A stretch of DNA of 64,000 nt, taken from Candidatus Vogelbacteria bacterium. GTDB taxonomy: Bacteria; Patescibacteriota; Minisyncoccia; Phycocordibacterales; XYD1-FULL-46-19. Positions 41,420 through 51,446 of this stretch are shown one piece after another (the stretch's first letter is position 1; each line of letters starts with the position of its first letter). Below the pieces are notes generated by a model, which was given only the letters and a program-made list of their open reading frames with translations, made no database searches and was not told the origin of the DNA. The translations under genes and the position numbers were made by a program. The stretch spans positions 2,206 to 66,205 of the forward strand of contig JAIOOX010000004.1 in the NCBI GenBank assembly GCA_021414225.1, given 5' to 3'.

Positions 41420-42691
41420 CTAGTATTCTCGCATGGTCACCTGGGCTTCGATTTTCTTCATTAAGTCCAGAGCAACCGAGACCACAATCAATAAGCTAGT
41501 TCCCCCGATCGCAAACGAGGCAATACCAGTTAAACCTTGGATAATCAGCGGCAGCATAGCCACAATGCCCAAGAACAAAGCCCCGATCAAAGTCAGTCTA
41601 GTTAAGATTTTGGAAATGTATTCGGCTGTCATTTGGCCAGGTCTAATACCAGGAATAAATGCCCCACTCTTTTGAAGATTGGTTGAGACCATTACTGGAT
41701 CAAAAGTAACAGCTGAATAGAAGTAAGTAAAAACAAAGACGAATAAGAAATACAATCCGCCGTAGATCCATTGGTTGTTGAGAACGGACAACATAACCTC
41801 TGCAATTGATTGTAATGTGGCATTAGAAGCTTGAGCTAAGAAGTTAGCAATCATCTGAGGAAACAGCAAGATAGATAAAGCGAAGATGATTGGCATCACA
41901 CCAGCATTGTTAACTCGGATTGGCAGATAGGTAGAAACCCCACCATAAACCTTGGAACCTCTCACTTGTTTAGCATAAGTCACTGGAATAGGTCGTTCTG
42001 CTTCGGTTACAACAACAATAGCGGCAATCACCACCACCGCTCCGATCAAAAAAGCAATATAAAGAGGAATTTGCGAAATATCAAAAGTAATCCACAGCTG
42101 ACTAATATTGGAAGGTAGACTAGCGACAATACCAGCAAAAATGATTAGCGACATACCATTTCCAATCCCATACTCAGTGATCAACTCCCCAAGCCACATC
42201 AGTAAAATAGAACCAGCCGCGACCACTACAACGTTAAGCAAACGGTCACTTAAGGTCACGCTAGATAAAATCCCCTGGCGCTCTAAAATCAACAACAAAC
42301 TAAAAGCTTGAAGGGCAGCTAGAGGTAAGGTCAACAAACGGCTGTATTGGGCCAACTTGCGGCGACCAGCTTCTCCATCTTCATGAAACAACTCTTTAAT
42401 AGTCGGAAACACCAGTGTCAACAACTGCATAATAATCGAAGCGGTAATAAAAGGACCGACACCGAGCATTAAAATAGATAAATTAGACAAACCACCACCA
42501 GAAAAGATGTTTAGCAGACCAAAAAATTGGTTGTCAGAAAAAAATTGAGTCAGAGCTGCATGATCAACGCCTGGAATAGGAATAGAAGTTCCTAAACGAA
42601 ACAAAGCTAAAATCAACAAGACAAAAAGAAGACGAAGTCTTAAGTTGCCGTCTTGGAGTACGAGATTTATTTTCTGAGACACCGTTGACAT
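41420..42691 (-). CDS. secY: preprotein translocase subunit SecY
   Basis: 423 aa, 10 TM segments, follows rplO. Confidence 0.9.
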   Translation of the reverse strand: MSTVSQKINLVLQDGNLRLRLLFVLLILALFRLGTSIPIPGVDHAALTQFFSDNQFFGLLNIFSGGGLSNLSILMLGVGPFITASIIMQLLTLVFPTIKELFHEDGEAGRRKLAQYSRLLTLPLAALQAFSLLLILERQGILSSVTLSDRLLNVVVVAAGSILLMWLGELITEYGIGNGMSLIIFAGIVASLPSNISQLWITFDISQIPLYIAFLIGAVVVIAAIVVVTEAERPIPVTYAKQVRGSKVYGGVSTYLPIRVNNAGVMPIIFALSILLFPQMIANFLAQASNATLQSIAEVMLSVLNNQWIYGGLYFLFVFVFTYFYSAVTFDPVMVSTNLQKSGAFIPGIRPGQMTAEYISKILTRLTLIGALFLGIVAMLPLIIQGLTGIASFAIGGTSLLIVVSVALDLMKKIEAQVTMREY

Positions 42692-42703
42692 ATTTGGTTG
42701 AAA

Positions 42704-43135
42704 TTAAGCTACTTTACCACCCGCTTTTTCGATCGCCTCTTTAGCTGAAGCGGATACTATACACTTTGACACAGATAGCTTTTTAGTCAAAGTACCCTGA
42801 CCAAGAATCTTAACTACTGGCATTTTACCATCAATTCGACGAATCAAATTTTTAGCAATTAATGATTTAGGAGAAACCACTTCCCCTACCTGGAAAGCTA
42901 GTTCTAGTTTATTAAGGTTAACTACTGCTGACTTATCTAACAAAGGAGTGTTGGAGTTTTTACCATGACCACGAAGCTTTGGTAGTCGCTTAATCATATC
43001 ACGCATTTCTGGACGCATTCGGTGACCAGCACGGGCTTTTTGACCCTTAGTACCACGACCAGCAGTTTTATCGCCTCGGCCAATACGGCGAGGTTTCTTG
43101 TTGGGAGTATTTCGTTTTATAGAGTGAATTTGCAT
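42704..43135 (-). CDS. rplO: 50S ribosomal protein L15
   Basis: Gly/Arg-rich N-terminus RIGRGDKTAGRGTKG. Confidence 0.9.
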   Translation of the reverse strand: MQIHSIKRNTPNKKPRRIGRGDKTAGRGTKGQKARAGHRMRPEMRDMIKRLPKLRGHGKNSNTPLLDKSAVVNLNKLELAFQVGEVVSPKSLIAKNLIRRIDGKMPVVKILGQGTLTKKLSVSKCIVSASAKEAIEKAGGKVA

Positions 43136-43145
43136 AATCGTAAAC

Positions 43146-43688
43146 TTACTTCTTAAGTTGTTTTAATTTCTTCAAAGCTTCAATGGCGGCTCGACTGTTG
43201 TTTAATTTGTTTTTACTGCGAGACAAAATTTTACTACCAGTATCTTTAACGCCAGCTAGGTCGAGTACATTTCTCACAGAGCTACCTGCTACCAATCCGC
43301 GACCAGGAGCTGGTTTCAAAGTTACCACTGAGGCACCATACTTGGCTTCAGTCTCGTGAGGAATAGACATGGTTTTAGTCAAAGTCAGAGTGATCATGTT
43401 TTTCTTAGCGTTGTTAAGAGCTTTAGTGATAGCAAGTGAAGTATCACCAGCTTTGCCAATTCCAACTCCTACTCGCCCTTTACGGTCTCCAGCTACTAAA
43501 GTAACAGAGAAGCTGAAACGGCGACCACCACCCATCACACGAGTTACTCGACGAACACTAACCACTTTGTGATCAAATTCTGGTTTAACTCTTTCTGGTC
43601 GACGACCAGTATTGCCACGGCGAGGACCACCAGTGCGTCCACCTCGTCTATCTGCTCCTTGTCCAGTTTTGTTCTTAGTTTCTTCCAT
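43146..43688 (-). CDS. rpsE: 30S ribosomal protein S5
   Basis: S5 dsRBD and C-terminal domain. Directly abuts rplO, so there is no rpmD between them. Confidence 0.9.
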   Translation of the reverse strand: MEETKNKTGQGADRRGGRTGGPRRGNTGRRPERVKPEFDHKVVSVRRVTRVMGGGRRFSFSVTLVAGDRKGRVGVGIGKAGDTSLAITKALNNAKKNMITLTLTKTMSIPHETEAKYGASVVTLKPAPGRGLVAGSSVRNVLDLAGVKDTGSKILSRSKNKLNNSRAAIEALKKLKQLKK

Positions 43689-43696
43689 AATGTATA

Positions 43697-44065
43697 TTAA
43701 AATTTAAGACCACCTGCTCGGGCTCCTTCAGCCAGCGCCTGCACTCGGCCAGTGTAGCGATAACCACCTCGATCAAAAACTACCTCTTCAACCCCCTTCT
43801 CTTTGGCCAAACTGGCTAGTTTTTTACCAGCTTCGTGAGATTGATTAACTTTAGCAAAAGGAGTTTCACCTTTAACTGCTTTCACTCCCTTAGTAGTGAC
43901 CGCACACAAAGTCTTGCCTGATTGATCATCAACTAAAGCCCCATAAATATATTGGTTGGAACGGAAAACTGACAAGCGTGGTCGAAGAGCCGTACCCGCT
44001 ACTTTGGCTCGGACTCGGTTGTGACGCATTTCCCGTCGTTTAGTTAATGATGTAATTCTACTCAT
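43697..44065 (-). CDS. rplR: 50S ribosomal protein L18
   Basis: Sequence and synteny. Confidence 0.9.
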   Translation of the reverse strand: MSRITSLTKRREMRHNRVRAKVAGTALRPRLSVFRSNQYIYGALVDDQSGKTLCAVTTKGVKAVKGETPFAKVNQSHEAGKKLASLAKEKGVEEVVFDRGGYRYTGRVQALAEGARAGGLKF

Positions 44066-44078
44066 GATAGTTTAATGT

Positions 44079-44615
44079 TTAAGCGGCTGTTTTCTTACCT
44101 TGCTTACGACGAACATGTTCATTGTCGTAACGAATTCCTTTACCTTTGTAAGGTTCTACTCGTTTGTAATCACGCACCTTGGCACAGAACTGACCAACTA
44201 ATTCTTTATCAAAACCGGTCACTGTCAAGGCATTTTTTTCAGCCAACACCTTCAAACCGTCCGGAATAGTTAGAGTTACTTCGTGAGAAAAACCAACATT
44301 TAAAGTCAAAGTGGTACCGTTTACATTCCATTTGAAACCAACCCCTTCAATTAACATTTTTTTGGTGAAACCGGTACTAACACCGATAACCATGTTTTCC
44401 ACGTGAGAAGCATAGGTTCCCCACAAAGCACTATTGGCAACAGTTTCTTTAACTGGTTTGAAAGAGATGGTACCGTCAGCAATAGTGATTTCAATATCTG
44501 ATTTAAATTCGCGAGTCAAAGTACCCAAAGGTCCTTGAACTTTTAATTCATTCCCCTCTTTAGTGACGGTAACCTTCTCAGGGATAGTGATAATTTTTCG
44601 GCCGATACGTGACAT
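44079..44615 (-). CDS. rplF: 50S ribosomal protein L6
   Basis: MSRIGRKIITIP start, with the internal ATG preferred. Confidence 0.9.
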   Translation of the reverse strand: MSRIGRKIITIPEKVTVTKEGNELKVQGPLGTLTREFKSDIEITIADGTISFKPVKETVANSALWGTYASHVENMVIGVSTGFTKKMLIEGVGFKWNVNGTTLTLNVGFSHEVTLTIPDGLKVLAEKNALTVTGFDKELVGQFCAKVRDYKRVEPYKGKGIRYDNEHVRRKQGKKTAA

Positions 44616-44625
44616 GATAGTAAAA

Positions 44626-45018
44626 TTACCAAAGAGTGAATAATAATTCGCCACCGACTTTAGCGACCTTAGCCTCCTTCTCGGTCATTACTCCTTGAGG
44701 AGTAGTCAACACTGCAATACCTTGACCTTGGCGCACAGAACGAAGATCAACCACACGCTTGTACACCCGACGAGACGGCTTGGAAATACGAGTGATAGTA
44801 GTCAACTTAGACTTACCAGCTTCATAAGCAATATCACACTGAATAAACTTCTTCACTTTCTTACCTCGCTTGTTGGCGGCTGTTAAGTAACCTTCTTTAA
44901 CTAACACCTCAGCAATCGCCATTTTTAAATTAGAGTAAGGAACAACCACAAATGGCTTTTTGACCATTGAGGCATTCTTGATAGTTACCAACATGTTGGA
45001 AATCGGATCAGTCGTCAT
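44626..45018 (-). CDS. rpsH: 30S ribosomal protein S8
   Basis: MTTDPISNMLVTIKNA. Confidence 0.9.
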   Translation of the reverse strand: MTTDPISNMLVTIKNASMVKKPFVVVPYSNLKMAIAEVLVKEGYLTAANKRGKKVKKFIQCDIAYEAGKSKLTTITRISKPSRRVYKRVVDLRSVRQGQGIAVLTTPQGVMTEKEAKVAKVGGELLFTLW

Positions 45019-45023
45019 AGGAA

Positions 45024-45209
45024 TTACCAGGATGATTTCTTAATACCCGGGATTTGACCTTCGTTGGCAAATTCACGGAAGCAGATACGGCAAAGGCCGA
45101 AGTCACGCATAAAAGCTCGCTTACGTCCACAACGAAAACAACGTCGGACAACGCGAGATTGGAACTTAGGTTTCTTTTGTGATCTTGCGATCACCGAAGT
45201 TTTAGCCAT
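45024..45209 (-). CDS. rpsZ: 30S ribosomal protein S14 type Z (zinc-binding)
   Basis: 61 aa with CxxC...CxxC. The internal ATG at 45209 is preferred. Confidence 0.85.
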   Translation of the reverse strand: MAKTSVIARSQKKPKFQSRVVRRCFRCGRKRAFMRDFGLCRICFREFANEGQIPGIKKSSW

Positions 45210-45296
45210 AAATGCTCTACTTTTCGGGTAATTATTATTAAAACAGGCCCTCGTTAGGCCGGCTTTTATCCTATCAAGAAAGGCCTTCGGTGTCAA

Positions 45297-47054
45297 TTAT
45301 TCACTAATCTGGTATTGCCAAAAACGGTGATATATTTCCTCATTTTTAATAAGCTCTTGATGATTTCCGTCTTCTACTATTTTACCCTTATCCATCACAA
45401 TAATCCGGTCCATTTTCTGGATAGTACTGAGTCGGTGGGCAATAACAATCGTGGTCCGACCCTTAATTAAGGAATCGAAGGCCTCTTTGATAAATCCTTC
45501 ACTTTCGGTATCAAGTGACGAAGTTGCTTCATCGAGGATAATAATTGGCGCTCGTTTAAGAATTGCCCGAGCGATGGCCACACGCTGACGCTCACCGCCG
45601 GAAAGCTTCACTCCCCGCTCACCGACCAAGGTATCATACCCTTGCGGCAATTGACTGATAAAATCATGAGCATAGGCCTTTTTAGCAGCTTCAATCACAT
45701 CTTCCATGGTCGCTTCTTCATTACCATATTTGATATTCTCCAATAGGGACCGATGAAACAAAGACGGATCTTGTGGCACATAGGCAATATTCTGACGAAG
45801 ATCATCTTGGGTAATAGAGTCAATACGTTGACCATCAATAGCAATCTCACCCGACTGTACGTCAACGAATCGCAAAATAAGTTTAACCAAGGTCGATTTA
45901 CCACAACCAGATGATCCTACTAGGCCCACTTTCTGGCCAGCAGGAATTGTGAGATTAAAATCAGTAAATACTGGATTGGTTGGATGATAATAAAAATTAA
46001 CCTTATTAAATTCAATAGCTCCAGCCTTAATAGCTGGTGTTTGGGAGGTAGTTAAATCTTTAACTTCAATTGGTCGTTCAATAATGTCGATCATTTCGCT
46101 AGCGTCAGCCAGGGCTTCGGTAAACTTACTAATAGAGCGTCCCAGGCCCCACAAATGAGCAAAAATATTAGCAAAGACTAGTTGAGCCAAGACCAGTGTG
46201 CCTACACTAATTGAACCCTTAGACCACAAGGAGAGAGCGAGGTACATACCAATAATTTCAAGTAACGAAAAAGCTAAGCTCTGGAGACCAATCTGGATGA
46301 CAAACACCTTCTCTGATCTCAGCCTTGCTATCAACTCTTCTGTGGTTACTCGTTTAAAACCATCAATCTCTTTATCTCGTCCACTAAAAACTTTGATAGT
46401 CAAAATATTAGTAATAGCATCTGCTAATGATGCTGTTACTTTTGAATCTGCTTCTGATCGTTTCAGATCATACGGATTACGGTAAATAACAAAGGCGATC
46501 GTAATCCCAACGTAGACAACAAACCAGATAACAAAAAAAATGGTAAGCCAGATATTCTGAAAACTAAAGACAATAAATGTAGCAATAATACTTAGTACCG
46601 CCGGTCCAATACCATAAAATATCTCATTCAGAACAACCTCAAACGATCGTGTTAATCGTTTAGCTTTAGCCACCAAAGCGCCTGAGAAATTATCACTAAA
46701 AAATTGATATGAGTGCTCAGTTAGTTTACTAAAAGTTCGATCATGTATATCTTTTAGTATTGGGTCTTGGCTTTTGTACAAACAAAAATCAGAGATACGA
46801 AAAAATACACTATACAGAATATACAAAAAAGTCATCATCCCAGCTAAGGCCAGAAGTTCAGGACTAATAAACCCTAATGCGTGATGACTAGTCAGATAAT
46901 CAACTATTTTTTTATACTGAATCGGAACAATAGTATCAGCCAAAATAAGACCGGCCCAAAAAAATAGAGCAGCAGAAAAAAATAGTGCTTGATACGGAGC
47001 AACACTAGGAGAGGTATATTTAATAAAACGTTTTAATTGCTTAACCAAATTCAT
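45297..47054 (-). CDS. ABC exporter, fused permease/ATPase (MsbA-like)
   Basis: Six N-terminal TM helices. Walker A GSSGCGKST. Signature LSGGERQRVAIARA. Walker B ILDEATS. Confidence 0.8.
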   Translation of the reverse strand: MNLVKQLKRFIKYTSPSVAPYQALFFSAALFFWAGLILADTIVPIQYKKIVDYLTSHHALGFISPELLALAGMMTFLYILYSVFFRISDFCLYKSQDPILKDIHDRTFSKLTEHSYQFFSDNFSGALVAKAKRLTRSFEVVLNEIFYGIGPAVLSIIATFIVFSFQNIWLTIFFVIWFVVYVGITIAFVIYRNPYDLKRSEADSKVTASLADAITNILTIKVFSGRDKEIDGFKRVTTEELIARLRSEKVFVIQIGLQSLAFSLLEIIGMYLALSLWSKGSISVGTLVLAQLVFANIFAHLWGLGRSISKFTEALADASEMIDIIERPIEVKDLTTSQTPAIKAGAIEFNKVNFYYHPTNPVFTDFNLTIPAGQKVGLVGSSGCGKSTLVKLILRFVDVQSGEIAIDGQRIDSITQDDLRQNIAYVPQDPSLFHRSLLENIKYGNEEATMEDVIEAAKKAYAHDFISQLPQGYDTLVGERGVKLSGGERQRVAIARAILKRAPIIILDEATSSLDTESEGFIKEAFDSLIKGRTTIVIAHRLSTIQKMDRIIVMDKGKIVEDGNHQELIKNEEIYHRFWQYQISE

Positions 47055-47268
47055 ATGTATGATGGTAACATAAAAAACCTCGGGTAAAACAGCTTAGTGA
47101 GCCTAATCCTGTTTGAAACCCTTGTGTAGCTGTCGACTGGAATTTCTGAGCCAAGCGAGCCTAGTTCTCCATCACAGACTTGCGTAGTAGTCGGCGAGCA
47201 TGGTTTTCGTCTTTACGAAGTAGACCGAGCACTCTCAGTGAGACGAAATCGTCGACACGGAGGAGAAG

Positions 47269-47294
47269 AAAAAAGCCCCGCTGGGGCTTTTTTC
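47269..47294. terminator. intrinsic terminator between rplE and the ABC exporter
   Basis: aaaaaagccccgctggggcttttttct. Confidence 0.65.
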
Positions 47295-47312
47295 TGTTCT
47301 GTGGTGGAGAAG

Positions 47313-47858
47313 CTAGGCGAGCGCCTTTTTGAATGGAATTCCTAGAGCCTTAAAGAAAGCTTGGGCACTCTCCTTATCCTTAGCGGTTGAGACGATGGTG
47401 ATAGCCATTCCAAATACATCTTTCAATTCTTCTTCAGCTGTTTCTGGAAAAATGTTATTTTCCTTAAAACCAAGAGTAAGGTTACCCATATCATCAACTG
47501 AGTCAATACTGAAGCCACGGAAGTCACGCATTCGAGGCACAGCCACGTTGATCAATTTATCCAAAAAGCCGTTCATTCTCTCCCCTCGCAAAGTCACCGC
47601 TACACCGATCACATCACCCTCTCGAGATTTAAAAGTAGCGATCGATTGTTTAGCGCGTCGCATGGTTGGCTTCTGGCCAGCAATAACCGCTAGACGGTTA
47701 GCTACCAATTCGTTTCGTTTCTTATCTTTAGCCTTACCAGTACCAGAACTGATTACAATTTTAGTTAGCTTCGGTAAAGCGTGGATGTTTTTAACACCCA
47801 GTTCCTTTTCCATAGCTGGTCTGATTTGCTCTAATTTTTCTTTGGTTACTAATGTCAT
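47313..47858 (-). CDS. rplE: 50S ribosomal protein L5
   Basis: Sequence and synteny. The internal ATG is preferred. Confidence 0.9.
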   Translation of the reverse strand: MTLVTKEKLEQIRPAMEKELGVKNIHALPKLTKIVISSGTGKAKDKKRNELVANRLAVIAGQKPTMRRAKQSIATFKSREGDVIGVAVTLRGERMNGFLDKLINVAVPRMRDFRGFSIDSVDDMGNLTLGFKENNIFPETAEEELKDVFGMAITIVSTAKDKESAQAFFKALGIPFKKALA

Positions 47859-47868
47859 GATAGTAGAT

Positions 47869-48183
47869 TTATATTTCTTTACTGCACTTAACACAAACTC
47901 TAACTTTTTTACCTTTTAACAACAAACTCTTGGTTCGAACACCTTTACTACAAGTTGAGCAGAAAAGTTGAACATTAGATACGTGAACTGGCAAAGACAT
48001 AGCAATCACTTGACCTTTCTCATTTGACTTACGAGGTTTGGTGCGGCGGTTACGAACATTAACCCCTTCCACTACCACCTTATCCAAAGCCGCAAAAGTC
48101 TTTACGATTTTCGCTTTTTTGCCTTTATCCTTACCGGCGATCACTATTACATTGTCATTTTTTTTGATTGTCATGATATTCAA
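47869..48183 (-). CDS. rplX: 50S ribosomal protein L24 with C-terminal Cys4 extension
   Basis: KOW motif IAGKDKGKKAKI. C-terminal CSTC...CVKC. Confidence 0.85.
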   Translation of the reverse strand: MNIMTIKKNDNVIVIAGKDKGKKAKIVKTFAALDKVVVEGVNVRNRRTKPRKSNEKGQVIAMSLPVHVSNVQLFCSTCSKGVRTKSLLLKGKKVRVCVKCSKEI

Positions 48184-48184
48184 A

Positions 48185-48556
48185 TTACACCACCTCTGGA
48201 GCTAGGGAAACGATTTTTTGGTAACCAAGATCAGCGATCTCTCGAGGAATAGGTCCGAAAATACGTCCACCCTTAGGATCTTTTTTACCTTTTTCCAAAA
48301 TAACGACCGCGTTTTCATCAAATCGAACATAAGAACCATCCTTACGACGCATAGAAGCTCGTTGACGAACCACCACCGCTTGGAGAACTTCTTTTTTCTT
48401 AACAGCCTTACGTGGCTCAGCTACTTGGACAGACAAGATTACCAAATCACCGATCCGAGCATAGCGCTTTTTAGAACCACCCAACACCTTAAAAATACGT
48501 CCAATCTTGGCGCCGGAGTTGTCTGCTATTTTAACGATGGATCGTGGTTGAATCAT
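48185..48556 (-). CDS. rplN: 50S ribosomal protein L14
   Basis: MIQPRS...DNSGAK. Confidence 0.9.
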   Translation of the reverse strand: MIQPRSIVKIADNSGAKIGRIFKVLGGSKKRYARIGDLVILSVQVAEPRKAVKKKEVLQAVVVRQRASMRRKDGSYVRFDENAVVILEKGKKDPKGGRIFGPIPREIADLGYQKIVSLAPEVV

Positions 48557-48568
48557 GGATTTATAAAA

Positions 48569-48820
48569 TTAAGCGATAACAATAAAGGACTTATCTTTCG
48601 AAATAGGCTTTACTTCTTGAATACTAACCTCGTCCCCCACTTTGAAAGCATTTGTCTCATCATGAGCCTTGTAGCGCTTGGTACGGTTAATAAACTTACC
48701 ATACTTAGGATGCTTAACTAAGCGATTTACAGCTACTACTACAGTTTTGTCCATTTTATCGGACACGACTGTGCCTTTAAGTAGTTTTCCTTGTTTAATT
48801 GTATCTTGTTTAGTAGTCAT
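48569..48820 (-). CDS. rpsQ: 30S ribosomal protein S17
   Basis: Sequence and synteny. Confidence 0.9.
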   Translation of the reverse strand: MTTKQDTIKQGKLLKGTVVSDKMDKTVVVAVNRLVKHPKYGKFINRTKRYKAHDETNAFKVGDEVSIQEVKPISKDKSFIVIA

Positions 48821-48830
48821 AGTTTAAGGT

Positions 48831-49031
48831 CTATACATTACCGGAAGTTTTCTTAGACTGCAAGGCGGTCAAGATCTGAGCGACTTGTTTGCGTAGATTA
48901 CGACCTTCTTTCACATTGGTCACTTTACTGCCAGCTACTCCAAAACGAAAAGCCCGTAAAGCCTCTCGTTTTTCACCTACGAGCTTCAATAGTTCCGCCT
49001 CTGTTTTTTTAAATAATTCAACGTAAGTCAT
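48831..49031 (-). CDS. rpmC: 50S ribosomal protein L29
   Basis: Size and synteny. Confidence 0.8.
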   Translation of the reverse strand: MTYVELFKKTEAELLKLVGEKREALRAFRFGVAGSKVTNVKEGRNLRKQVAQILTALQSKKTSGNV

Positions 49032-49035
49032 AATA

Positions 49036-49458
49036 TTAATCGCGAGCGACTATTTTAGTTTTTACTGGCATCTTGGCTCCCGCTTTACGCAAAGCTTCAC
49101 GAGCAATCGCCGGGTCAAGACCATCAACTTCGAATAACATTCGGCCAGGTAGCACTTCAAATTCATAACCTTGTAAATCACCCTTACCCTTACCCATCGG
49201 TACCTCTGCGGCTTTACTAGTGTAAGGTCGATCAGGGAAAATACGAATCCAAAGTTTACCCTTCTTGGCCATTTGGCGAGCAATTGTTTTACGAGCTGCT
49301 TCTATTTGATTAGAACGAACACGACCATGAGATTCGGCTTTCAAACCAAAAGAGCCAAAAGCCAAAGAGATGCCACGAGTTTCTACCCGAGGTTTCTCTG
49401 GGTTCCAACGGCCAGTTTGCCATTTTCGATATTTAACTTTTTTTGGTAAGAGAGACAT
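49036..49458 (-). CDS. rplP: 50S ribosomal protein L16
   Basis: Sequence and synteny. Confidence 0.9.
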   Translation of the reverse strand: MSLLPKKVKYRKWQTGRWNPEKPRVETRGISLAFGSFGLKAESHGRVRSNQIEAARKTIARQMAKKGKLWIRIFPDRPYTSKAAEVPMGKGKGDLQGYEFEVLPGRMLFEVDGLDPAIAREALRKAGAKMPVKTKIVARD

Positions 49459-49471
49459 AGATATTTAAATA

Positions 49472-50137
49472 TTACTTAGCACTTTCATCAAAAATTTCCC
49501 CTCGATAAATCCAGACCTTTACGCCAATCACACCGTAAGACAAATTGGCTTTTTCTCGAGCGAAATCAATATCAGCCCGCAAAGTTTGCAAAGGAATTTG
49601 ACCATCTTTCAAACTCTCAGTTCGCCCCATATCTGCTCCACCTAAACGACCAGATAGGGTGATTTTGATACCTAAAACATTTTTATTGCCCATTACTTTT
49701 TCAATAGTACTTTTTAGTACTCGGCGGAAAGGTAGGCGCTTCTCTAGACCTTCAGCCACCATTTGAGCCACAATTGCTGATCGAGAATCTGGATCTTTAA
49801 CTTCTTCAATATCCAATTTCAACTCTTTAGGTAAAAGAATTTTGTGACGAGTAAATTGCTTTAGAATTTCTTGTTTCAATTTAGCTACTCCCTCACCACT
49901 TTTACCAATCAACATACCTGGTCGAGCGGTCTTGATGATAACACGAATAGAATCCTGACTTCGTTCAATTTCCACAGTTTCAATATAGAAACCACGCAAA
50001 CGCTTTTGCAAAAATTCTCGGATAGTAATATCCCCTCGAAGCATTTCTTGGTATTGGCCATTTTTGCCAAACCAGCGAGACTTCCAGTCTCTAATAATGC
50101 CTAAACGATGTGAATATGGATGAACGCTGTGTGTCAT
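49472..50137 (-). CDS. rpsC: 30S ribosomal protein S3
   Basis: KH domain and S3-C. Confidence 0.9.
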   Translation of the reverse strand: MTHSVHPYSHRLGIIRDWKSRWFGKNGQYQEMLRGDITIREFLQKRLRGFYIETVEIERSQDSIRVIIKTARPGMLIGKSGEGVAKLKQEILKQFTRHKILLPKELKLDIEEVKDPDSRSAIVAQMVAEGLEKRLPFRRVLKSTIEKVMGNKNVLGIKITLSGRLGGADMGRTESLKDGQIPLQTLRADIDFAREKANLSYGVIGVKVWIYRGEIFDESAK

Positions 50138-50142
50138 GATAA

Positions 50143-50589
50143 TTATTCGGCTTTAGTTTTTTTAGCTTTAATAGTTTTAGGCTTACTTACTGACTTGGTT
50201 GTTTTGACTTCTTTTTCCACCTTAGTGGCTTTAACCGCTTTAGGGGCCACTGATTTAGCTTCACCTACTTTACCTAAAATCACTTCAACATGACTAGAGC
50301 GTAGACGGATCGGAAAAGCAGAACCACGGGCCCGAGGCATAGATCGCTTTAGCACTCGGCCCTTGTTCACACTGATCTCAGCAATAATTAGTTCTTCCTG
50401 AGGAGTATTAAAATTAGTTACCGCATTAGCAATGGCTGACAAAATCATTTTTTGCATTGGCAAACTAGCTCGCTTGTCAGTAAAAGATAAAATAGAAACA
50501 GCTTCCACTGCTTTTTTACCTCGCACTAAATCAGCCAAAAGTCTAACTTTTCGAGGGGCTTGTTGATAGTGAGATAAAGAAGCTTTCAT
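50143..50589 (-). CDS. rplV: 50S ribosomal protein L22 (Lys-rich C-terminal tail)
   Basis: Sequence and synteny. Confidence 0.85.
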   Translation of the reverse strand: MKASLSHYQQAPRKVRLLADLVRGKKAVEAVSILSFTDKRASLPMQKMILSAIANAVTNFNTPQEELIIAEISVNKGRVLKRSMPRARGSAFPIRLRSSHVEVILGKVGEAKSVAPKAVKATKVEKEVKTTKSVSKPKTIKAKKTKAE

Positions 50590-50600
50590 AGTATAAAAAA

Positions 50601-50945
50601 TTATTTCTTCTTAGTATCAGTGGCGGCCTTAGCTGATTTAGCAGCTGAGATTTCTGCCTCCTTCTTCTTTTGCTCTAACTCTTTCTGCATCTTACCTCCG
50701 TGACGGACGAATTTACGAGTTGGAGAAAATTCACCAAGACGATGACCAACCATATCTTCAGTTACCAAAACTTCAACATGATCCTTGCCATTGTGTACAC
50801 CAAAAATAAAACCAACCATTTCTGGAGCAATTTGACTGCGGCGAGCCCATGTCTTAATCGCCCCTGTTTCATTAGGGCGCTTGCCAGCAATCTTACTTAA
50901 TAGTTTTTCGTCCACATAGGGACCTTTTTTGAGTGATCGAGCCAT
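50601..50945 (-). CDS. rpsS: 30S ribosomal protein S19 (Lys-rich tail)
   Basis: [11 protein letters not shown] motif. Confidence 0.9.
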   Translation of the reverse strand: MARSLKKGPYVDEKLLSKIAGKRPNETGAIKTWARRSQIAPEMVGFIFGVHNGKDHVEVLVTEDMVGHRLGEFSPTRKFVRHGGKMQKELEQKKKEAEISAAKSAKAATDTKKK

Positions 50946-51089
50946 ATTTACAAAAAGAAAAGCTCACCTGGAGCTTCGCAATATCTTATCAAATAATGCT
51001 TAAATGTCAAACTCTGGACTGCTAGCAGACTCAATAAAAGTCCCCCGCCGGCCAGTAGGCCAGCGGGGGCTATAAATTAAACCAGTTAA

Positions 51090-51446
51090 TCAGATCCTCC
51101 TGGCCAAGCCTGGGCAGTGAGAACACAGCATGATCCAAGCCTGGGGTGCCTCCTGTGGGCCACTGGTAAGCACCTGGTTAATCAGGGCTAGTTTAGTGTT
51201 CACCAGAGGTAAGGCTTTTGGATCAGACACCTCTCCAAGGTGGCCCTTCAATTCTTCCAACCGACCCTTAAAACCACTACAAACCTCCAGCTGAAGTAGA
51301 TAGGTGTTCTGGAGAGCCCCTTGGGGGGTATTACTGACCGGCATAACCTTGCCACACCGATCACAAGCTACCCAGAATTCTCCCGTGTCAGAATTTTTCA
51401 TCTCCTTCAAATCCGGAGAAGAACAACTTGGACAAGATAATTTCAT
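51090..51446 (-). CDS. zinc-ribbon (CPSC...CDRC) hypothetical protein on a G+C-rich insert inside the S10 operon
   Basis: MKLSCPSCSS...VACDRCG. The start at 51446 is preferred over 51521. It is flanked by hairpins at 51040-51075 and 51535-51570. Confidence 0.4.
   Translation of the reverse strand: MKLSCPSCSSPDLKEMKNSDTGEFWVACDRCGKVMPVSNTPQGALQNTYLLQLEVCSGFKGRLEELKGHLGEVSDPKALPLVNTKLALINQVLTSGPQEAPQAWIMLCSHCPGLARRI

Noticed and set aside
47329-47919. 196-aa plus-strand ORF
   Set aside because: It is fully antisense to rplE and has no independent signals.
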